Below the pieces are notes generated by a model. That model made no database searches. It was not told the DNA's origin and saw only the letters and a list, made by a program, of their open reading frames with translations. Shown here piece by piece: positions 1 to 8,922 of a stretch of 64,000 nt of DNA (its first letter is position 1; each line of letters opens with the position of its first letter). Origin of the DNA: Leptonemataceae bacterium (GTDB taxonomy: Bacteria; Spirochaetota; Leptospiria; Leptospirales; Leptonemataceae); assembly GCA_965227295.1 (NCBI GenBank), contig OZ245742.1, forward strand, positions 1,440,001 to 1,504,000, read 5' to 3'. Both the position numbers and the translations under genes were made by a program.

Positions 1-706
1 ACATTACCGCGAGGCGATCGGCGTACTGGGCGATGAGCCCTAAGTTGTGCGTAATCAACAGTACGGTGGTGCCCTCTTCACGTTGCAGTTCCACGAGCAG
101 TTCCATGATCTGCGCCTGCACGGTGACGTCCAGGGCCGTCGTCGGTTCGTCGGCGATGATGACCGCAGGCTTGAGCAGGAGGGCCATGGCGATGACGACG
201 CGTTGCAACATGCCGCCGGAGAGTTCGTGGGGATAACCCGACAGGATGCGATCGGGGTCCGCGAAACCCACGCGCCGGAGCAACTCGCGGATGCGCACGT
301 CGGGATCGCCGCTGTAGGCGTGATAGTCGAAGACTTCCCGTAACTGCTGTTGGATCGTCATTAGCGGATTCAGCGCCGCCGACGGTTCCTGGAAGATCAT
401 GGCGATGCGGTCGCCGCGGAGATCGCGCAGTTCTTCCTGGCTCATGGCCAGGATGTCCGTGGCGGGTTTCGCGCCGACGCCGTCGGGATCGAAGAGGATG
501 CGCCCGGCGAGCACGCGGCCGCCGGGGGACGGCAACAATCGCAACAACGAAAGCGCCGTGACGGTTTTGCCGCAGCCGGACTCGCCGACCAATCCCAGGA
601 CCTCGCCGCGCCGCAGCTCGAAGTTCACGCGGTCCGTAATCGCGGTAACACCTTCGTCGTTCGCGAAGCCGATGGAAAGATCTTCTACTTTAAGTATCGC
701 TGCCAA
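1..706 (-). CDS. ABC transporter ATP-binding protein, DppD/OppD family (3' end beyond window start)
   Basis: Manual translation of the minus strand gives LKVEDLSIGF...GLVGESGCGKT (Walker A), MIFQEP, YPHELSGGMLQRVVIA (signature), IIADEPTTALD (Walker B), LITHNL. Start is TTG at 706 or in-frame TTG at 745. Confidence 0.93.
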   Translation of the reverse strand, partial: MAAILKVEDLSIGFANDEGVTAITDRVNFELRRGEVLGLVGESGCGKTVTALSLLRLLPSPGGRVLAGRILFDPDGVGAKPATDILAMSQEELRDLRGDRIAMIFQEPSAALNPLMTIQQQLREVFDYHAYSGDPDVRIRELLRRVGFADPDRILSGYPHELSGGMLQRVVIAMALLLKPAVIIADEPTTALDVTVQAQIMELLVELQREEGTTVLLITHNLGLIAQYADRLAVM

Positions 707-761
707 ATCTTTCTGTATCCGGTATGGTTGTCTTGCTTCTGTCAATCCGATCTTACGAATT

Positions 762-1799
762 TCATTCCACCCGTTGCCGGGACTTCGGATCGAAGGCTTC
801 GCGTGCGCCTTCGCCGATGAACGTGGCGAGCATGAGCGTGGCGAACAACGCCGCCGTGGTCGCCAGGGTGATGCGTGGGTGTTCGCGGATGACGTCCAGG
901 CCCTGCTGTAACAGCTCGCCCCAGGAGGGCGTGGGCGGCGGCAGGCCGAAGCCCAGAAAGTCCAGCGCGGTGAGCGAAGTGATGCCGCTGATCAACGTAA
1001 ACGGCAGGATCGTAATCACCGGCGTGAGTGCGTTGGGCAGGATGTGCCGGAAAAAAATGCGCACATGGCCGAGGCCCAGGGCCCGGGCGTTGCGCACGTA
1101 GGCTTGATCGCGCAGTTTCAAGAACTCGCCGCGCATGTAGTACGATAGACCGATCCAGGTAAAGAGCGACATCACGGAAACCAACACGGGGAAGCTGTAG
1201 CCGTAGATGGCGCCGATCAGGATGACCACGTAGAGGAACGGCAGCGCCGACCAGACTTCGATGATGCGCTGGACGGTAAGATCAAATACGCCGGCGATGT
1301 AACCCTGGATCCCGCCGATGATGATGCCGAGCACCGCGCTCACGAGTACGATGGCCAGCGAAAACAACATGCAGATGCGAAAGCCGTAGATGAGCCGCAC
1401 AAGTAAGTCGCGACCCAGGCGATCACTGCCCAGGTAGTGCGCGTGTTCGAAGGACGGTGCGAACGGCGGCGTGCCCGGTTGATCGAGGTCGGCGGTGTTC
1501 GGTCCGTGGGGGATGAGCGCGCTGATCATGAACGCCTGCGCGCGGAAGTCCGCGTTTTTGCGCAGGGCCGTGTAGTCCGCGGCTTCTTCGTAGGGCTGGC
1601 CGAAATCGGTGCCGGGATAATAGTAGAGCACGGGAAAGTACGACTGGCCTTTGTAGCTAATGTAGAGCGGCCGATCGTTGGCGATGAACTCACTGAACAG
1701 AGACAGCACGAAGGCGACGCTCAGGATCAGCAGCGAGTACCACGCGCGCTTGATGGCATGGAAACGCCGAAAGCGATCTTTGGTTATCTCCGAGAACAT
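762..1799 (-). CDS. ABC transporter permease (OppC/YejE-like)
   Basis: LGSDRLGRD, EAA-like loop YVRNARALG, RHILPN, LDFLGFGLPPPTPSWGELL; multiple hydrophobic helices. Confidence 0.93.
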   Translation of the reverse strand: MFSEITKDRFRRFHAIKRAWYSLLILSVAFVLSLFSEFIANDRPLYISYKGQSYFPVLYYYPGTDFGQPYEEAADYTALRKNADFRAQAFMISALIPHGPNTADLDQPGTPPFAPSFEHAHYLGSDRLGRDLLVRLIYGFRICMLFSLAIVLVSAVLGIIIGGIQGYIAGVFDLTVQRIIEVWSALPFLYVVILIGAIYGYSFPVLVSVMSLFTWIGLSYYMRGEFLKLRDQAYVRNARALGLGHVRIFFRHILPNALTPVITILPFTLISGITSLTALDFLGFGLPPPTPSWGELLQQGLDVIREHPRITLATTAALFATLMLATFIGEGAREAFDPKSRQRVE

Positions 1800-1818
1800 A
1801 CCTGTGCTACTTTTTTTG

Positions 1819-1963
1819 ACTCCGAGGACCGAGCTGCCGAGGTTTTTGGGGAGGAGCTTCGCGGTGTGAATGCGGCCTGGTTATGAGTGCTGTAATTGTT
1901 TTTTCTTTCACCTGTTCAATCTCAATCTTAACCCTCGATACCTCGGTCCTCGGAGTTAATTCT
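1819..1963. repeat. Palindromic intergenic element (MITE/REP-like), copy 1
   Basis: Perfect 15-bp terminal inverted repeat ACTCCGAGGACCGAG (1819-1833) / CTCGGTCCTCGGAGT (1942-1956); aligns by eye to the reverse complement of 2987-3130. Confidence 0.8.
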
Positions 1964-1966
1964 GCT

Positions 1967-2980
1967 TCAATCAAAACGTATCCTCGGATCGATGACGACG
2001 TAGAGGATGTCGGAAAATAGCCGGCCGAGCATGGTGAGGATGCTCACCAGCAGGATGATGCCCATCACCACGTTGTAATCCCGGTCCAGGATCGCGGTGT
2101 AGACGAGCAGCCCCATGCCGTCGATGTTGAAAACCTTTTCGATTAACAGTGCCCCGGCGAAGATTAGCGTGAACACCTCGGACAACCGCGTGGCGATGGG
2201 GATGAGCGCGTTGCGAAGGGCGTGTTTCCAGACGGCCAGATCGAACGGCGAGCCCTTCACCAGGGCCGTGCGCAGATAGTCCTTGCTGATTTCTTCGAGC
2301 AGGCTGTTTTTCATGAGCAGCGTGAGAAAGGCAAACTCCGACGCCATGTAGCAAATGATCGGCAGGAACATGTGATGCAAAAAGTCGCCGACCTGGCCGA
2401 AGAACGTCAGTCGTTCCCAGTCGTCCGAAACGATGCCGCCGATGGGAAAGAGATCGAGGTACGAACCGCCGGCAAAAAAGACGATCAGCAAAAGTCCGAG
2501 CACGTAACCGGGAATCACGTAGCCGGCAAAGATCACCGCCGATGTGCTCACATCGAACGTGGACATGTGCTTGAGCGCCTTTTTGTGTCCGAGAGGGATG
2601 CATACGGCGTAAGCCAGCAAAAACGAAGTGAGCCCGAAAAAGAGCGAGATCGGCATGCGCCGGGTGATGACGTCCCACACCGGTTCGTGATAACTGAAAG
2701 AATCGCCGAGGTCCAGCGTCAGCACGTTACCGAGCCAGATGAAGTAGCGCTGCCAGGCGGGTTTGTCGTAGCCGTAGTAGGCCTTGATGTACTCGAGTTC
2801 CTGCGCCGAGATGATGCGCGTGGTGTCGACGCCCTGGGCGCTGGCGGCCTGGCGGACGTTGGAGATGTACTGCTCGACGGGGCCGCCCGGGAGAAACTGC
2901 GTCAGCGTGAATACGAGCACCGTAATCCCGAGGAGCGTCGGGATCATGAGCAGGAGGCGTCTGAGGATGTAAGCTTTCAC
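1967..2980 (-). CDS. ABC transporter permease (OppB/YejB-like)
   Basis: YILRRLLLMIPTLLGIT, PGGPVE, LDLGDS, KDYLRTALVKG, HALRNALIP, DPRIRF; GTG start. Confidence 0.93.
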   Translation of the reverse strand: MKAYILRRLLLMIPTLLGITVLVFTLTQFLPGGPVEQYISNVRQAASAQGVDTTRIISAQELEYIKAYYGYDKPAWQRYFIWLGNVLTLDLGDSFSYHEPVWDVITRRMPISLFFGLTSFLLAYAVCIPLGHKKALKHMSTFDVSTSAVIFAGYVIPGYVLGLLLIVFFAGGSYLDLFPIGGIVSDDWERLTFFGQVGDFLHHMFLPIICYMASEFAFLTLLMKNSLLEEISKDYLRTALVKGSPFDLAVWKHALRNALIPIATRLSEVFTLIFAGALLIEKVFNIDGMGLLVYTAILDRDYNVVMGIILLVSILTMLGRLFSDILYVVIDPRIRFD

Positions 2981-2986
2981 GGAAGA

Positions 2987-3130
2987 AGAATTAACTCCGA
3001 GGACCGAGGAGACGAGGCCAGGGCGAGATTGAAAAAAGTAAAAGGAGAGTCACTACACCAGTCTTTGCCCACAAACCTTCACGCAACGAAATCTCTCCCC
3101 AAAATCCTCGGTCCCTCGGCCCTCGGAGTT
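2987..3130. repeat. Palindromic intergenic element (MITE/REP-like), copy 2, inverted relative to copy 1
   Basis: Terminal inverted repeat AACTCCGAGGACCGAGG (2993-3009) / CCTCGGCCCTCGGAGTT (3114-3130), 16/17 match; tandem (C)CGAGG sub-repeats at both ends. Confidence 0.8.
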
Positions 3131-3140
3131 CATCCAAACC

Positions 3141-4952
3141 TTAAGGCCCCTTGTAGATGACCTTATCCGGTTCGCCCGGTAATTCGCTGTTGTCTTTGAT
3201 CGCCGTTTCCAGGGCAGCCTGTTTTTGTTCGTCGTACCACCAGTATACCAGCGCCGAGTTCTCGCGGCTGTACTTGTTGATGACGTACTCCGGTGTTCCG
3301 AATTTGTTCCAGTACAGGAGACGCGTTTTGTCCGCCTGCCAGAGTAAGACGAACGGCGTGAGTTCCAGCAATCGCGCGTCCAGTTGTTTGATGAGCGTAT
3401 TGCGGCGCCCCAGGTTCGTTTCGAACTTGAGTTTCTCCAGGATGGCGTCCACTGTTTCGTCTTTTACGCCGGCCAGGTTGTACGAGGACTCCAGATCCGC
3501 GAAACGCGAGTGAAACATGGGCTCCGGATCGCGCAGGCGGGAGGCCCCGGTGTTGATCCAGAAGATGTCGAACTGAAACGAGTCCGTGCGTTTGGTGACC
3601 TCGGCCTTGGAGCGCAGCTCGATCTTCGCGTCGATGCCGACCTTCTTAAGATCTTCAATGTACAGGTTTAGATGGCGTTGGTCGCTCGCATATGTTAAGA
3701 ACGTAACCGACAACGGCTGCCCGTCCTTCCGGCGTTTGCCGCCGGGGCCGACGGCCCAGCCGGCCTCGTCCAGGAGATCCCGGGCCTTCGCCGGATCGTA
3801 GCGCACCACCGGCACCGCCGGGTTCTGGTTCTTCGGATAGAGGTCCGGGAAGTACGAGTTCAACAGAAAGTATTCGTTAAACATCAACTTTTCGTTCATT
3901 AGCGGAAGGTTGATGAGGCGCGTGAGGGCCTCCCGCACGCGCGGGTCCGCGAATTTATCGAGACGCATGTTGATGGCCAGGCCCTGGAAACCCAGCGGTT
4001 GTTTGTTGTACGCGGCCTGGCGGACGATGTGATTCTTTTGCACGGCCTCGATGTTTTGCGTCTGCTCGGCCCAGATGGAAGCCGTGTAGATGGCGTAAAG
4101 ATCGTAGTCGCCTTTCTTGAACGCTTCCAGCGCTGCCGTGCGATCTTCCATGAACTTATAGCGGATGTAATCGAAGTTGAACTTGTTTTGATTGTAGCCG
4201 CGCGCCCGCGCCCACCAATCGCCGCGACGTTCCAGCAGCACGTAACGATTGCGACGGAATTCGCGGATCTTGTACGGACCGTTTACGACCGGAAAGTCGA
4301 AGTTGACCTTGTTGAAGTCCTCGCCTTCCCAGACGTGCTTCGGGAAGGCGTAGAACCCGCCGGCGTCCCAGAAGGCACGCCAGTGTTTTTCCTTCGCCAC
4401 GATCTTTACGGTTTTTTCGTCGATGACTTCCGGACGTTCGAAGCGTTCGAGAATGGAACGCGGGATCGTCGTAAGATGTTTCGGGTTCATGATGACGTCG
4501 TAGTAGAACTGCACGTCGGCAGCGCTTACCGGCTTGCCGTCGGACCACTGCGCGTCCGGATGAATGGTAAACGTGAAGGTTTTGCCGTCGGCGCCGCGGT
4601 CCCACTGTGCGGCCAGGTCGCCCACCGGCTCTTCGCGTACGCTGTGCAGATCGATGAGCGCGTGAAACATGAGGTTGTTGATTTCGGCGGTTGTGGCCCA
4701 GTTGTCCAGCCAGGAGTTCAGGGTCTTCGGGAACGGTCCGCCCCAGAGATTGAACGTGCCGCCCTTAACGGCGCCGTCCACCGCGATGGGGTCCGCGCTG
4801 CCAGGGCCCTCGACTTCGTAGGGTTCCGTTTGCACCGGCGGAAGTTCGGTGGAAGAATCGTTTTTTCCGTTGCAAGCCAGGACGGTTCCCGCGAGAACCA
4901 GGATTGGAATGATGGTGCGGTACGTGCGGAGATCTGAGTGCAGTTTCATCAT
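3141..4952 (-). CDS. ABC transporter extracellular solute-binding lipoprotein, family 5 (YejA-like)
   Basis: Lipoprotein-like signal (IIPILVLAGTVLA-C), KGGTF, GDLA..W, WSDGKPVSAADV, DPRVREAL. Likely start ATG 4952 or 4949 rather than the ORF-track 5030. Confidence 0.9.
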   Translation of the reverse strand: MMKLHSDLRTYRTIIPILVLAGTVLACNGKNDSSTELPPVQTEPYEVEGPGSADPIAVDGAVKGGTFNLWGGPFPKTLNSWLDNWATTAEINNLMFHALIDLHSVREEPVGDLAAQWDRGADGKTFTFTIHPDAQWSDGKPVSAADVQFYYDVIMNPKHLTTIPRSILERFERPEVIDEKTVKIVAKEKHWRAFWDAGGFYAFPKHVWEGEDFNKVNFDFPVVNGPYKIREFRRNRYVLLERRGDWWARARGYNQNKFNFDYIRYKFMEDRTAALEAFKKGDYDLYAIYTASIWAEQTQNIEAVQKNHIVRQAAYNKQPLGFQGLAINMRLDKFADPRVREALTRLINLPLMNEKLMFNEYFLLNSYFPDLYPKNQNPAVPVVRYDPAKARDLLDEAGWAVGPGGKRRKDGQPLSVTFLTYASDQRHLNLYIEDLKKVGIDAKIELRSKAEVTKRTDSFQFDIFWINTGASRLRDPEPMFHSRFADLESSYNLAGVKDETVDAILEKLKFETNLGRRNTLIKQLDARLLELTPFVLLWQADKTRLLYWNKFGTPEYVINKYSRENSALVYWWYDEQKQAALETAIKDNSELPGEPDKVIYKGP

Positions 4953-4956
4953 AAAT

Positions 4957-6882
4957 ATGCTTCTGAAGACGCTGGTATGGGTCATGCCTGTGTCGGTTGT
5001 TTCGGTTGTCGGGCCGTCGTGCAATAACAATCCTTACGGATCGTACTCCGATCGCAAGGTCTTCTATACGTCTCTCGACGAAAATCCGGCTACCCTTGAT
5101 CCCCAGCGGATCAGCGACGTGGACTCGCAGTACGTCGGATCGAATATTCACGACACGCCGTACGAGTTCCACTATCTCAAGCGTCCGCTGGAGCTGCAGC
5201 CGTCCATGGCCCGGGCGATGCCCGAGACCGGCTGGAAAACCGTGGGCGGTCGCCGCGTATACTTTATGAGATTCTCGCTCAAGCGCGGCCTGCGTTTCGA
5301 CGACGACCCGTGTTTTGCTGACGGCCGCGGCCGCGAGATTACCGTGGACGATCTGATCCTGGCCATTCGTCGCGCGGCCGACGATTCCATCGAACCCTTC
5401 GGCAAGACCTTTCTGATGGACCGGCTCATCGGCTTTCGCGAGTTTCACGAGAATTTTGACGAAGCCCCGCAGGCGGCCATCGCCGGCGTCGCACGCATCG
5501 ACGATGACACGCTGGAGTTGTTATACGATGCTCCGTATCCCCAGGCGATCTACTTTCTCGCGCACGTTACGTCGTCGCCGGTGCCGGCCGAGTGCCTTGC
5601 CTACTACAACGGTGAAGACGGCCGGCCGGCGTACGACCGCGCTGCCGTCGCCAGTGGTCCGTATCGCATTGCGGAGTGGCGGGATCATCATGAACTCATT
5701 CTCGAACGCAATCCGAATTACCGCGACGACGATCGCTATCCGGAGACGGGCGTGGAAGGCGATCGCGCGGCCGGGCTCTTAGATCGTGCCGGGCAGAAGT
5801 TACCGATGCTGGATACAGTGCGTGTGTTGATCATCAAACGCGGTCCGCCGAAGTGGGAGCTGTTCGGTCAGGGGTACCTGGATTTGTATCGCAACCGACT
5901 GGACCTGCAGGAACGGCTCATGCAGAGTCCCGATCGGGCCGCCGCGTTTGAACGCAAGAACGTCACGAAGGCCGTCGAGGTGGAGCTGTCGTCGTTCGGC
6001 TGGTCGTTCAATATGCTGGATCCGGTAATCGGTAGTAATCTAAAGTTAAGACAGGCCCTCTCGCTGGCCGTGGACCGCGAGGAGATGATCCGCCTGTTTC
6101 TACCCGGCCGCGCGACGATTGCCCACGGGCCGATTCCGCCGGGCATCGCCGGTCACGATCCGGAGTACACGAGTCCCTGGAGCCGCTACGATCCAGGGCG
6201 CGCGAAAGAGCTGCTGGCCGAGGCGGGTTATCCCGGCGGTGTCGATCCGGCCACGGGTCGCGCGCTGGAGTTGCAGTTGTTCGATCGGGCGGCGCAGGGG
6301 CGTGCGGCGATTTACCGTTTTTATATTGATCAGTTCGCGGATATCGGTGTGAAACTTACGGTGGATCAGATGGATTTTCCGACGCTCATTCAAAAAATGC
6401 ATGCGAAAAACTTTCAAATCATTCACTGGGGCTGGGGCGCGGACTACCCGGATCCCGAGAATTTTTTACAGCTCTTCTACGGGCCGAACGCGAAGTCCAC
6501 GTACAACTCCAGCTCCTACCGCAATGCTGAGTACGACGCCCTCTACGAACAAATGGCGCGCATGAACGACGGTCCGGAGCGCAGCGCGTTGATCCGGCGC
6601 ATGTACGACATCCTGAACGCCGATCTTCCGAAGACGTTTTTCTTTCACCGGCAGAGCCACTATTTTACCCAGGCCTGGGCCGCGCCGGTCAAACCCAGTC
6701 CGCTGGATTATCGCGAGATGAAGTACTGGGACGTGGACATCGAAGAGCGCGAACGCAAGGTCCGCGAGTGGAACAGCCTGAGCTTTACGGCCTGGCTGAT
6801 CGTCCTGTGTTTCGCGGCGGGGGCTGTCGCGCTGATCTACCTTTCCCGGCGAAGAATGCGCCACTGGAGCCGCGGTTCATGA
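4957..6882 (+). CDS. ABC transporter substrate-binding protein, family 5, with C-terminal transmembrane helix
   Basis: Signal ending in S-C-NNNPY, TLDP, GPY, LRQALSLAVDR, GWGADYPDPENFLQLFYGPN; C-terminal hydrophobic helix followed by RRRMR. Start refined to ATG 4957. Confidence 0.88.
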   Translation: MLLKTLVWVMPVSVVSVVGPSCNNNPYGSYSDRKVFYTSLDENPATLDPQRISDVDSQYVGSNIHDTPYEFHYLKRPLELQPSMARAMPETGWKTVGGRRVYFMRFSLKRGLRFDDDPCFADGRGREITVDDLILAIRRAADDSIEPFGKTFLMDRLIGFREFHENFDEAPQAAIAGVARIDDDTLELLYDAPYPQAIYFLAHVTSSPVPAECLAYYNGEDGRPAYDRAAVASGPYRIAEWRDHHELILERNPNYRDDDRYPETGVEGDRAAGLLDRAGQKLPMLDTVRVLIIKRGPPKWELFGQGYLDLYRNRLDLQERLMQSPDRAAAFERKNVTKAVEVELSSFGWSFNMLDPVIGSNLKLRQALSLAVDREEMIRLFLPGRATIAHGPIPPGIAGHDPEYTSPWSRYDPGRAKELLAEAGYPGGVDPATGRALELQLFDRAAQGRAAIYRFYIDQFADIGVKLTVDQMDFPTLIQKMHAKNFQIIHWGWGADYPDPENFLQLFYGPNAKSTYNSSSYRNAEYDALYEQMARMNDGPERSALIRRMYDILNADLPKTFFFHRQSHYFTQAWAAPVKPSPLDYREMKYWDVDIEERERKVREWNSLSFTAWLIVLCFAAGAVALIYLSRRRMRHWSRGS

Positions 6883-7862
6883 GCGCGTATATTGTCCGGC
6901 GTTTGTTGTACTTCCTGCCCGTGTGGTTCGGGGTGTTTCTCTTAACGTTCAGCATCTTTCACTTACACGATCCCATGACGCTGGCCGCCGTGCAGTTGCC
7001 CCAGGCGCCGGAAGATCGTCTGCGTGCCTGGGTGCGCAACAACGACTATCATTTGCCGCTCTTCTTGAATCTGCCGTCCGATGCCGAAACGATTCGCGCC
7101 GACGGCGAAGTGCATCCGGAGTTCGCGGAGCGTTCGCTGTTTTATTCGCAGTTCTTCTTGAGCGTGCGTGATCTACTGCTCTTTGATTTTGGTACGGACC
7201 GTGCAAAGAAACCCATCGCGGAGTCCGTCGCCGAGCGCGTGGGTCCGACGCTTTCCATCATGTTGCCCGCGCTCGCGTTGACGGTAGTGATCAGCATCGT
7301 CGTGGCGCTACTGTCCGCGTATCTGCGCGGCACGCCGGTGGACGTCGTCGGCGTGGTCGGCAGCGTCGCGTTGCTTTCGATTGCGCTGCCGGTTTACATT
7401 CTCGCCGCCCAATACCTGTTCGGGCGATTGTTTCCGGTGGTGCCGGTGTACGGTCATGTGCTTGCGCCCATCATCATTGCGGTCTTCGGCAGTGTCGGCG
7501 CGCACGTGCGTTTTTATCGGAGCGTATTTTTGGAACAGATGGATCAGGAATTTGTGCGCACGGCTCGCGCGAAAGGCGCGCCGGAATCACGGGTCCTCGG
7601 CCGCCATGTACTGCGCAATTCCTGGATCCCGGTGCTCACGCAGGTGTCACTGTCGGTGCCGTACTTAATTACCGGTTCGCTGTTGTTGGAACAATTTTTC
7701 GGCATACCGGGCATGGGCGATCTGCTGTACTCGGCGCTGGTGGCGCGAGATTTTCAGGTGATCAAGGTGATTACGTATTTAGGTTCGTTTGTTTACATGA
7801 TGAGCATGCTCGCCACGGACATCGCGTATACGCTGGTGGATCCGCGGATTCGTTTTCGGTAA
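6879..7862 (+). CDS. ABC transporter permease (DppB-like)
   Basis: MSAYIVRRLLY, FVRTARAKG, RHVLRNS, DPRIRF; ATGA overlap with the upstream stop. Confidence 0.92.
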   Translation: MSAYIVRRLLYFLPVWFGVFLLTFSIFHLHDPMTLAAVQLPQAPEDRLRAWVRNNDYHLPLFLNLPSDAETIRADGEVHPEFAERSLFYSQFFLSVRDLLLFDFGTDRAKKPIAESVAERVGPTLSIMLPALALTVVISIVVALLSAYLRGTPVDVVGVVGSVALLSIALPVYILAAQYLFGRLFPVVPVYGHVLAPIIIAVFGSVGAHVRFYRSVFLEQMDQEFVRTARAKGAPESRVLGRHVLRNSWIPVLTQVSLSVPYLITGSLLLEQFFGIPGMGDLLYSALVARDFQVIKVITYLGSFVYMMSMLATDIAYTLVDPRIRFR

Positions 7863-7867
7863 CATTG

Positions 7868-8902
7868 ATGCACTGGTTGTTACAGAACATACTGTTGATC
7901 GTCGGTGCCGTGCTGTTCGCGGCCTGGTATCGATACATGCGCAATCGCGGCGGCCTGGCCCATGCCCGGGAGCGACTCCGCTGCGTTCCCGGGGCGCGGC
8001 TCGCAGGCATTGTGCTCGCGATCTACTTCACGATCGGCTACGTGGATTTGCTGCGCATCCCGGCCGCGGGCGAACGGCTCTTCGCCGTAAGTCCCATTGA
8101 TTTAATCTTTAGCGCCGTCCCGCAGGAACGAACTTACAGTGCTCCTTTTGCGAGCAGCGTTATTACCGCCGTGGACGAAGACCCGCAGGCGCCGCAAAAC
8201 CGCGTGCGTGGGTGGCACGTCCTTGGCACCGACGTGAACGGATACGATGTCCTGTATAACGTCTGCAAGGGCTGCGGCGTGGCGCTGCTGCTCGTCCTCG
8301 GTACCATGCTCGTAAGTTTCCCGCTCGGCTTGTTGCTCGGACTCGCGGCCGGGTACTTCGGTGGTTTCGTGGACGACGTCGTGCAGTGGTTGTATACGAC
8401 CATGGCGAGCATCCCGTGGCTCTTGTTTGTTCTGGCCTTCCTGGCCGTCTTCGGTCGCTCGCTCTTGTGGATCTGCGTGGCCTTCGGGCTCACGTCCTGG
8501 ACCGAACTCGCGCGCTTGATTCGCGGCGAAACTCTGAAACTGCGCGAACTGAATTACGTGCGTTCCGCGCGATCCGCCGGTGTTTCTCCGGCACGCACGA
8601 TCCTGCGGCACATCCTGCCGAATCTCTCGCACGTTTACATCGTAACGTTTACGATCACCGCGTCGTCGATCGTGCTGGCCGAAAGCGTGCTGACGTTCAT
8701 CGGCATCGGCGTGGAGCCGGGGCAAAGTTCCTGGGGGCGCATGTTAGTGGAGGCGCAGACGGAACTCGTACGTTCGCCGCCGATTTGGTGGGTGTTTGCG
8801 GGAGCGTCGTTTTTGGGGATTTTTCCCCTGGTGCTCGCGTTGAATGTGTTCGGGGATGCGCTAAGGGACGCGCTGGATCCGCGGTTGGATCGGCGAAAGT
8901 GA
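7868..8902 (+). CDS. ABC transporter permease (DppC-like)
   Basis: HVLGTDVNGYD, YVRSARSAG, RHILPN, SWGRML, GDALRDALDP. Confidence 0.92.
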   Translation: MHWLLQNILLIVGAVLFAAWYRYMRNRGGLAHARERLRCVPGARLAGIVLAIYFTIGYVDLLRIPAAGERLFAVSPIDLIFSAVPQERTYSAPFASSVITAVDEDPQAPQNRVRGWHVLGTDVNGYDVLYNVCKGCGVALLLVLGTMLVSFPLGLLLGLAAGYFGGFVDDVVQWLYTTMASIPWLLFVLAFLAVFGRSLLWICVAFGLTSWTELARLIRGETLKLRELNYVRSARSAGVSPARTILRHILPNLSHVYIVTFTITASSIVLAESVLTFIGIGVEPGQSSWGRMLVEAQTELVRSPPIWWVFAGASFLGIFPLVLALNVFGDALRDALDPRLDRRK

Positions 8903-8922
8903 GGGTCAGGGGGCGCCTTCCT

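Noticed and set aside
1819-3130. Possible CRISPR array or IS element from the repeated CCGAGG units
   Set aside because: No regular repeat-spacer periodicity, no cas gene and no transposase; kept only as a palindromic repeat family.
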